Source: Lingula anatina
Lineage: Eukaryota > Animalia > Brachiopoda
Assembly (NCBI GenBank): GCA_051362555.1
Contig: CM120649.1
Coordinates: 7,378,001 to 7,442,000 of the forward strand
DNA: 64,000 bases
Direction of reading: 5' to 3'
In this document: positions 54,547-64,000 of the stretch, piece after piece
How positions within the stretch are numbered: position 1 is the first letter of the stretch
Layout of the letters: each line of letters opens with the position of its first letter
Notes under the pieces: model-generated
What the model was told of the DNA's origin: nothing
What the model saw: the letters and a program-made list of their open reading frames with translations, nothing else
The model's database searches: none
Position numbers and translations under genes: made by a program

Positions 54547-56734
54547 TTAAATAATAGTTCCAAATATAGAAAACAGTATAATAAAAAGAGCAGCCATCAT
54601 GAGCTCCTCTCTATAGAAGAGTTCCCGGACAGTGCGGTGTTTGGAGCGTGCCCAAGTGTTCAGCTCCCAGACAGGGACGGCCACATGGACTATATCCGGC
54701 AGCATCAGCCCCACATCCCGCAAACTCTGGAAGGCAAACCCCTTAGAGAAAACCACGTGCTCTATGAACTGGTCTATGCCACTGATGAGGATGTGGGCCA
54801 GATTGATACTGAAGACCACCAGTAGCTTCCACGTCTTCACCCTGTGGCCGGAGTCACACAGGTTCAGAACAACAGCCGTGGACACCAACTCTGTGACAGC
54901 AAACAGCATGTGGTGTGCCCAATGCTGGTAGAAGTCCTCGTTCCAGTAGTTGAAGTAGGACCACCAGGAGTAGTAGTGAGGGTACACGGATACTAGGAGG
55001 GTAAACAGCCATCTCCTACGACATGTTCCACGCCGCAGGACCCCGACCAAATACCTTGACAAAGGACAGAAAACCACATATTACCATGGTATGGAATGAA
55101 CACCACAATAAAAAAAAATATATTACGGGTATGTATTACGTATTTTAATATTAAAATATTATTCAAAAATATGAAAAAAATCACCTTTTTCTTATGACTT
55201 CATTTAGTCATACACGTGTGCGCATGATATAGCCAGCAACAAAAGTGAACAGTTATAACATGACTGAAATATTTCATCAACTGGATATCGCTGTTATCTG
55301 CAAGTGACCCTGGAGATAATTACAAAGGATAAGAATCAGGTGTTTGCTTACTTGATGGCATCATAGGTCAGGAACAGCACCAGCACAGTCAGCGTCCAGA
55401 TATAGAAGGTGTTACTCGTAGCATTAAAATAGACATGTTTATATGAGCTGACAGGGTATTCATAGCGCCCTAGAAATAGAAATGTTTATGAGCTGACAGA
55501 CAATACTGACTAGACACATAGGCCTGTGTTATATTCAATATTCCATATTGAAGAAATATTTTCTAGAAATGTTATATTTTATATAATATATTAAAGGAAT
55601 GTGTCTAGTTATATGTAATATTTGATACTGCTTAGAACTACCAGTATATGTGTACCCCATGTATGAAAAATTCAAGACTATTTGTACCACAAACAATTGG
55701 GCCTTTACCTTAATAAGAGGTCAACAGGAAAGCTTTCTACAGGTGCCTAGAGCTACTTGTATACAGTTTTATGTATAAAACGGTAATTATTTGATCTTTT
55801 CAATGGGGCAGGGGCAATTCCGCATTTCACAGATTCTGCATCTTTTTAAGTTGAAATTAGAACATTTCTTTTGAATGGTAGCAAGAAAATATCAAAGCAG
55901 GTATCCTTGTTATTCTGTTCTTTGTGGTAAAAGCACCACAAATGCTACAGAAACATATTTTTAATGATACTTTAAGTTAATCTACAAAAGATAGATAATT
56001 TTCCCCATTGAAAAAGTCAATTCATTACCTATATACAACTTAAATAGTTCATACAATGTTGTTATATCTCAATATAGTAAATCTGTTTTGCCTCACCTCT
56101 GAATATTGTGTCAAAACAACTGCAGTCACAGGCATATCTGTCAATGATCTTCTTTTTGTCAGGAACCCAGATATGCTTGTAAAATACACCTGAAAAATGT
56201 ATGTGTTTATGTGTATTACAAATATGCTTGTAAAATACACCTGAAAAATGTATGTGTTAATGTGTATTACAAATATGCTAGTAGAATACACCTGGGAAAT
56301 GTACGTTTTATGTGTATTACATATTTGCTTGTAAAATACACCTGGAAAATGAACATATACTCTTGTACATACACCTGGAAAATGTTTGTTTGTATGTGTG
56401 TTGCATATATGCTACAAAAATACACCTGGAAAATACATACTGTGTGTTAAAGAAGGGTAAAAAATATATAACTTTACAATTACTACTAGTAATCATGGAC
56501 GCATAGTTTCTTTCCTCAACCTACAAAAAAAATTACTTCATAACTCACCCAGTAAGTACTGTATGTTTGTGTTTTAGGTATATGTACTAGTAAGATAAAA
56601 TTACCTATATGCAACAAAGGCAGAAGACATACAAATCCTACTGCAGAGACAAAACCTATCGCCTTTTCCTTGAAGTTGGTTCTGCTCCCAGTATCATGTG
56701 CTGTGGTCAGTTTCTTCTCCAGGTACTCCTGCAT
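54547..56734 (-). CDS. Uncharacterised multi-pass membrane protein, ~282 aa; exons 56605-56734, 56097-56189, 55352-55469, 54547-55054
   Basis: Kozak ccaccATG at 56734; GT-AG introns of phase 1, 1 and 2 give an open 849-nt frame: TM, CDCSCFDTIFRGRYE, YKHVYFNAT, HYYSWWSYFNYWNEDFYQHWAHH, further TMs. Confidence 0.85.
56171..56440 (-). repeat. ~51-bp tandem repeat of an intron/exon junction (six acceptor copies)
   Basis: Y-tract-CAG|GTGTAT occurs with exon starts at 56189, 56240, 56291, 56341, 56374 and 56425. Confidence 0.9.
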
Positions 56735-56799
56735 GGTGGAAGATACAGTGGCTGCAGGGAGTGTTCTTGGGGGTGACACAAGAAGTGGTCAACTGAGTG

Positions 56800-57270
56800 C
56801 TGAGGGAGAGGCAGGGGGAGTGGTCTAGGGAGTGGCCAAGGCAGATGCAAAGTAGTAGTCTACGGAGTGGCTAGGGGATTGGTCAAGGAAGGGAAGGGGG
56901 AGTTGTCTATATAATGTCAAGGGAGTAGCTGGGGGAGTGGTCTTGGGAGTGGCAAAGGGAGTAGCAAGGGAAGTGAACCAGGGAGTGACAGTGGGAGTGG
57001 TCTAGGTAGTGGCTGGGGGAGTGGCCAAGAGAGTGGAGGAGGAATGGTCTAGGGAGTGTCAAGCTTGAGGAATGGTCTAGGGAGTGGAAGGGGAGTGGTT
57101 TAGGGAGTGGCCTAGGGAGTGGAAGGGGAGTGGTTTAGGGAGTGGCCTAGGGAGTGGAAGGGGAGTGGTTTAGAGAGTGGCCTAGGGAGTGGAAGGGGAG
57201 TGGTTTAGGGAGTGGCCTAGGGAGTGGAAGGGGGTCTGGCCCAGGGAATGGCCAGGAGAGTAGTCTAAGG
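56800..57270. repeat. G-rich GGGAGTGG minisatellite with a 35-bp higher-order unit
   Basis: gggagtggaag-gggagtggttta-gggagtggccta repeated about 4.5 times (57080-57235) within degenerate 11-12-mers. Confidence 0.9.
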
Positions 57271-58523
57271 ATTTCCACTTAATTTACAATGGATATGCTG
57301 CTTCTCAATTACTGCATCAGGAAGTAAGCTGTGGTGACTCGTGACAAAGATCAGCTGGTCCTACCATATGGATAATGTTTTTTTCGTCACCTAGAAACAG
57401 TAAAAATAAAGTTTCACATCAAAATGTATGAAAGTGCTCAATAATTCAAGCCCAACTTTAAAACTGTTTCCACCTATAGAGGTCTTTGCAAAATTTTGAA
57501 TCAACAGTAAGTTGTGGCTAATTTATTCAACTCTTTGCCAATAGTATGCAAGTAAGGAAGTATGTGTCAACCCTCATGATAGAAGCACTCTGCATCACCT
57601 CCAAATGCTGTGTGATATATACATATCACTATCACAACCTGTAATATAATTTGGACATTATTGTTGCATTTTCCCCAAACCCCCTTATGTTCCCCATTCT
57701 GCCAACATTACTAGGTCATTTACTACTATGAATGCTTTAAAAAATACATTGTTTCAACTTTTATTTCTAATATTGCAAATGTTGGTTGTCCAATAATCTC
57801 TTTGCATACTTTAATGTTTTTTTTCTCTGCTTGGAACAACCTTGAAACCCTTTACTTATTGTGTAACAAACTCCAGATTTCTGTCTACATATGTAGAAAT
57901 GAAAATCATGTTGGGAAACTTGACTAATTTATGAGAAATACATTTGGCAAACATGAAGTCCCCAAGACATGTATATTAATTTTTCTTCCTAAGGACATAA
58001 CTTTTACAATTAAAATGCTTTATTCATACTCAGATACTAGACTAAGTATGTGACCATCACCACACCATATTTCAAATCCGAAGATGAAAAAAATCATGTG
58101 CAGAACCTTCATATTAAGCTTGGCATGGACTTGCAAGAAAATCCATGCATTATCACTCCTCTATCTACTACATGTACATACAGTCTCTAATATGCACTGG
58201 TAATGCTGTGCTAACATGTGAAAGATATTGGTGCCAGAAAGTGTATAATTATGGCCATCTTGCATATATCCAACAGGAGCTCTCAGATCTTAAGCTTACC
58301 TCTCATCTCCTCAACAATGTACAGCTACCAGTTTTCCCAGTGACTGGACTTTAAGTTGGAAAAGATTCATCTGCTTGTCTTACAGTTACCGGTAGGCCTC
58401 CTTGAAATTAAATTAAATGATATATAATAGAAATACTAACACATGAATTTCGTGAGGGTCATTGCTTCAGTTTTTGGGGCTTACATGCCATGTAGGTCAT
58501 AATGCCTCACAACCTGCATGTTA

Positions 58524-58749
58524 CACCCCATTTCCATAGATTTTTAGATTGATCTATCCCTGTGGGGAGTCCCACTAGATTACTGTCAGCTTGGCCAGCT
58601 TAAGTGTCTGTCCTGCCTACTAAAAGCTGAAAGGGGGTAATTAACTATGGTGTCCGCTCGGCTGACTGCAATTCAGCGTGAACCCCCAGGGAGTTAGGTC
58701 AATCTAAATCTTAATCTTTAGATCGATCTAAATCTCTGGGAAGGCACCC
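58524..58749 (-). mobile_element. MITE family A, copy 3 (inverted), TTA duplication
   Basis: tta|caccccatttccataga...tctctgggaaggcaccc|tta; interior is the reverse complement of copies 1 and 2. Confidence 0.85.
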
Positions 58750-59164
58750 TTAGAAACTCTCGAGGCCACAAATGAAAACAGTATGTAGCATAATTTAGAA
58801 ATGATGTGTGTAAGTAGAACATAGCTTAAATAAAAAGACCAAGGGCCTTTCAGAATGAGTTAGTGTGCATTAGCTTGAGCACACAATAACTCTATGGGGA
58901 CTCATGCTGAATGTAATCAGATTACCAGACAAGGGTGCATTCATAACAACAGACTAAAACAGATCCGCAGATCAAATATGGGGACACACTAAAAAGCTTA
59001 TCGCTTAATTTCCAATAAGACACTGAATAGATTCCCCATGGGGATTACGAAACAAGCATTCAAGTGGTTTGACTGTAATTGATCCGTGGATCAAATGGTT
59101 CAATGTTCAGAATGTGCTCTTATTCACAGGCGCTTATTCACCTCTTGGCACTGAGTAAAATAAA

Positions 59165-59632
59165 CGGTGTCACTAAAATGCGCAATACACCACAATACAG
59201 CGCAACACAGTGCAATACACTTCAAAAATCAAATCCAGTTGCAATTACACAAAAGAAATGACCATTCCCAGCAAAGCAGGGTGATATAAAAACAACCTAT
59301 ATAACTAGGTAAGTAATATCGTTGATATAACTTAACAAATCAGCAAGACTTTTATATTGTCCGGTTGGCAGCCATGTTGGCGAGTGGCTCTTCTTGGATA
59401 TATTACTGGCCAAGAAGAGCTACTCACCAACATGGCGACTGACCAAACAATGAAAAAATTGTCAAGTTGTATCAGCAATATTAATTACTATGTACTATAT
59501 TTTGCTTTTATATCACCCTATATTATTTGAGATTACCCTTTCCTGTGTTTACTTGCAACTGGACTTGTGTTATCAAGTGTATTGCGCTGTGTTGCACTGT
59601 ATTGCAGTGTATTGCGCATTTCAGTCACACCC
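59165..59632. mobile_element. Foldback/Mutator-like palindromic MITE with 9-bp TSD
   Basis: ~230-bp imperfect arms meeting at gctcttcttgg-atatattactgg-ccaagaagagc; flanked by TAAAATAAA (59156-59164 and 59633-59641). Confidence 0.85.
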
Positions 59633-60161
59633 TAAAATAAAGAGAGGCTGGTGATTATACAAGTACTTTGGAAACAATAGGATGTGTGTTAGTTTGTTAA
59701 TCTAGTTGCATTCAGCTACAGTCTCCGTAGAGTTAGTCCACACTGGCTAGATCAGCTTGACTCATTCTGAACAGACCAACAAATACGCTATCAAACTGTT
59801 GCGTGAACGGGTACAAGAGGGCTTTAAATGCCAAAAATATACCACAGGGTGCTCCTGAATACACACAGTTTCCCCAGGATGTGGATTAATTTTTTATCAA
59901 CTAGAGTTCCTAACACAATGTGTTACGAAGCCTCGTCATCCGCGTAGCATGTTAGGCCAAACGAGAGGCAAAAACCTCAACTGAGCCTTCCAACTCTTCC
60001 AGGGGCAACTGAAGCCTACCAAGGTCTTTCTGCTGGTCCTTAAAAATTTATAGCAAACAAGATTATTACCGCAAACATTGAGTACTACATCATGAACCTG
60101 CGTCATTGTTTAAGTGTGGAATTAAATGTAATAGACAATTCACTTCCTGAAACTCGCTTAC

Positions 60162-60325
60162 CGCCAACATATTTTGAAAGTAGGTCAACTTCAGCTATCT
60201 TTACAAGTCTTTTTTCACAGAAGAACTCCGCAAATTTTAACCAGGATAGGCATCTTTCGATAACAAACGATTTTTATTTTCAGTCAGAAACATGCTGCTT
60301 CAACCGATAGCCATTTTGAACAAAA
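60162..60325 (-). promoter_or_regulatory. Possible promoter and non-coding first exon of the membrane-protein gene
   Basis: Minus-strand CAAAATGGC (YY1-like) near 60311-60319, donor G|GTAAGC near 60161; a further candidate UTR exon at ~58300-58400. Confidence 0.35.
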
Positions 60326-60811
60326 TGTTGTAATCCCAATCATTACAGAGCACCATGAGTGAACTAAATATAATCTATGATCAGTCTATGTAGTCTGTCA
60401 TGGCGCCGAATTGCTACAGTTGTGACAGTTGTGCTTTACAGGACGCATTGCATTTTGTATTGATCTGCAATTAGTCAGAAAAAAATTCGCAATCGGGGGA
60501 TTTCTCTTAAAAGAATCAAAACTTGAATATTAAGCAAAAGGGATTTTTCTTACTCAGGAAGTTTTATTTTACTTTGAATTCAACTCAAACGAAACAATTT
60601 TTGTTGTTCATCTCTTTACACGTTTTCATTATTCCAAATTATGGGAATTTTGTGAATTTAGTTACGAAGAAAACGCATTAAATTTTAATGATCTATTTTA
60701 GCAACAGAACGATGGTTTAACGATATTGTCGGCAGTTCTACACATAGTCAAAGCAAACTAACACTTTTCAAGCTTTAAACAACAATCATCCATTTACACC
60801 ATTTATTTGTT

Positions 60812-60857
60812 CATTTCTCTTTCTTTCTCTCTCTCTCTCTTTCTCTCACAAACACAC

Positions 60858-60895
<38 letters not shown>
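60812..60895. repeat. (CT)n(CA)n microsatellite
   Basis: Direct reading of the sequence. Confidence 0.95.
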
Positions 60896-60897
<2 letters not shown>

Positions 60898-61273
60898 TTC
60901 TCGAATGATTACACTAAAACACGCTGAGATTTTTGTTGTAAAAAACAATTTATTACATCCACGAAATTATTCATTTCTTATAACCGCAGTCAAGTCAACT
61001 CCTGGCTTTGACTATTAGATTTCAAGCACCAATTCCAACGTGAAATGTCATTGTTGACTAGGTCAACTGATGAATTTACCAGTTTCATTTTTCATCAACA
61101 TGATATATAGGAACATGAGACGTTCCGATGTATTTAATGAAGAAACCTGCTAATGCGAAGTTATGGCGAGGCACGGACTGTTACATGTATATTAATGAGT
61201 GCACAGCGTTCATTCCTGCTTCAGTTTACTGTAAAGACACGTACATCGTACATAAAGCAACTGTCACTGCTGC

Positions 61274-61801
61274 TCAGTGTCCTTCTTTCTCAACTGCACT
61301 GGTATCGCTTTTCGCTTTCACTTCCTCTTGAGTCTTTTCATTCTTTTTCACTGAAAACAAAAGTGGAACGTGATGAGGTGTTTGTGTAGAAGTTAAAACC
61401 AAAACCTCACAGATACGAGTAAACTACTGACACTTGGGAAGCCCATTAACTATATGCGAGGCGGCTATTCATTAAGTTTGACAAACGAGGTACATTGTAG
61501 TTTTCCTTTCTCTCTGGGCTCGCTTGGAGATAAATTATGGTACAATTAAATCCTATTTAACATTCTGCTATAATTGTACACAGGTTTGTTACGTACTCTA
61601 TAAAAGGTAGCTTAGTTATGTTGAGTGGTTCTTACCTCTAGGGGGACCCCACTCCGCTTCCACCGCGTTCAGCTCCCTGGGACGCTGTTCCTGGAACTGG
61701 GCCACCATCATCTTGATGGCCTCCTGGGTGCCTTCGTCAGTGTTTGATACGCCGGGACTGACCTCCAGGCCCCGGGCTGCCTTCTTCTCCTCCTCCGACA
61801 T
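61274..61801 (-). CDS. Small charged protein (~80 aa if started at 61801) or 3' end of a longer gene; exons 61636-61801 (acceptor at 61824) and 61274-61350
   Basis: GC-rich exon with ttttttgcag acceptor and G|GTAAGA donor, joined in phase 1 to ttttgttttcag|TG...GH*; AATAAA at 60949-60954; product MSEEEKKAARGLEVSPG...EWGPPRVKKNEKTQEEVKAKSDTSAVEKEGH. Confidence 0.7.
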
Positions 61802-62479
61802 GCTGCCCGATACGATTGTTATCACTGCAAAAATAAAGAAATGCAATTTTAATAATTAAGGTTAATCAATGAACAAAATTAAGTCAATATTCACGGTACC
61901 ACAGTACTAAAAGTACAAGTTCACTTTTCCTTCACAGCGACTGTATACTTACATTCACGCATTGCTTGTTTTAAATTTTAGCTTAGATTATATGTCTGAT
62001 ATGCACAGTGTGCTTGTGCCTGTATAAGAAAATCCATATGGCGAGTGGGAAATAGGGACGCAAACGTTCACGTCTGAAAAATCCCCTGCGCCATGAATAT
62101 AATAATTAGTCGCTGGGGAAATAATGTAAAGTTAGTTTCATAAACGACAAAATTCCCATATCTTCTTTTAATACCATCCCTAATATAAATTCTCGTTTTA
62201 CGCATTCTTGTTCCTATAGACGTGGACGTGTTACTTTGTATTCTGATCATAGTGTGGGAACTGTTATCAGATGGTCGGTGACGTCTTTTAAATATGTAAG
62301 TACTCAACAACTGTATTTTCCCATAACAAGTGTATAAGCACTAATGATAATAAAAAGATTATTATTATTATTATATTTGTGTTAGGCAGACATAACTTGT
62401 CAAATCATTATACACACATGTTAGATATATAGCGGCAGCTCCACACCACTACATCATATGTACAAGCACATTTAAACAA

Positions 62480-63810
62480 ACTCTTTCTTAGGCAACCACG
62501 GCCTCTCTCACCTTCCAACATCTCTTTTCGCGTCACGTGGAGACCGTAATTGTAACTAAAACGCACCACAGGTACTCTGTTGCTAACCACTTTGAAATGA
62601 TTTACAGGCAAGCGCTGATTTCAAAAATATGTCTGACGATTTCGCAGTTTTAGTGACTAGAAAAGTTCCCCCACCAACAAAATTTCCAGCCAACATGACT
62701 CATCTGTTTTTTCGAAATTCTGGCGTATCGCTATTTCAGTGCATACATTATCTCTATTACTCATTTATTTATCGATTTACAGCCTCGCTGGCTATAAATC
62801 AATACAAATAATACACCTAATATTTGCCAGAATTGCATTAACCAAAGCATGACCTCTTATGTTCCACTCCAACGTGCCGGAGCAATAGAAATTAACCGTA
62901 CAAACAGAAACGCCCACAGTAAAATTGAATCTTTAGAATTTCATATTATTTGCCTTATAGGTTTTTGTTCTCACAGTGAAAAAGAAAATTTTAAAAACTC
63001 CGTCCCCTCGTAGATCACCCCTACATCACATTTCACCAGTAGTAATTGACATATAAATTCAGTATGCAACGCAAGATGGCGTAAAGGACCTTTGGCCACG
63101 ACACTTCAGTCGACACTAGGGAGGACTTGTGAAAGCCTGTGCCTTAATCTTTCATATAAACTTTATCGCCCTCCCCTCTTCACTGATAAGTACAACTTAA
63201 CAAGTACCTGTTCTGCCATTCTTTTAACATGATAAATACAAGTGTTAGATGTATTTTTGACTACCGTTTTATGCGTATGGTGAGGAAGATATGGATCATC
63301 TTTTCAATGTCAAACAATATGAAGATCGACCTTCAATGAAAACTCCTTTACATGTTGATATATAAAATACGACAAACTCATTATTTATGCCAGACATTCA
63401 ACACATGAACAACCTACTATGCACATACTTGTTGACAACACAGTGGTGTCCACGTGACCCCCGCATGATATCTACAGACTTACATTCATTAAGCAAAACA
63501 CATTTGCAGAGAACTTAAAACTCTCTGACCTTCCTATATATCTCTGTTCACATCACGTTTTAACTGTTCTTATTACCAAAACGCACCACAGACGCTGGAT
63601 TGTTAAACACTTAAAGGTGGTCTACACTTAAGCGTTGATTCCATAAAGTTGTCTTGCGATTTCGCAACTTAAGATTTTCAAATTTCCCATTACTAACAAA
63701 ACTGCACTAGGCAGCCGTTTTTCCCCCCAAATATTTTCATATCGCCATTTCAAACCATTTATTCAATTCATTTCACTATTTTAGGCTTCACTGAATATTA
63801 TAAATGGAGA
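62480..63810 (+). repeat. Diverged ~300-bp direct repeat pair (~62480-62810 and ~63515-63810)
   Basis: aaaacgcaccacag...aagcg.tgatt...gatttcgca shared by both. Confidence 0.6.
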
Positions 63811-64000
63811 ACACTTGAAGTGTTTGTCACACAGCTTTGTTTTCATCTAAGAATGGTCCTCACGACACCTTTTCTTTTCCACTTTGACATTCGGAAACAA
63901 TCGAAACCTGCTGCACAGTTGAGAAGCCGACGTAGGAATTGAAACCTTGGAAATTCCAAATATTTACCTTGCTGATCCTTTGTTCAGACAAACACAAAGA

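Noticed and set aside
56800-57270. Interstitial telomere, or a Pro-rich coding exon on the minus strand
   Set aside because: TTAGGG occurs only as isolated hexamers; the 35-bp unit breaks frame, and all three frames from the ~57390 acceptor hit stops.

Overview
AT-rich eukaryotic genomic DNA, most likely from a metazoan invertebrate (spliceosomal GT-AG introns, microsatellites, many non-autonomous DNA transposons); the species cannot be determined from the sequence. Genes reconstructed by hand: (1) a tandem segmental duplication with two galactose-3-O-sulfotransferase genes, one frameshifted (14695-15946) and one intact (23057-24346); (2) a five-coding-exon minus-strand gene for a ~507-aa type I membrane protein with a (GPPGTG)n collagen-like ectodomain (37761-40761); (3) a three-coding-exon ~988-aa mucin-repeat, somatomedin-B-like Cys-rich protein with a probable GPI signal (47090-51314); (4) a four-coding-exon ~282-aa multi-pass membrane protein (54547-56734, minus); (5) a small charged protein or 3' gene end (61274-61801, minus). 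Most striking observation: the whole collagen-like gene lies inside a ~9.3-kb segment (35998-45334) bounded by ~240-bp terminal inverted repeats and an exact 9-bp direct repeat (GTATGAGTA), which is the architecture of a Pack-MULE-like, gene-carrying Mutator derivative. Also notable: a six-fold tandem amplification of a splice acceptor in gene 4, and several MITEs whose target-site duplications are confirmed by empty paralogous sites within the window. All alignments were done by eye; no rRNA, tRNA or CRISPR array was found.
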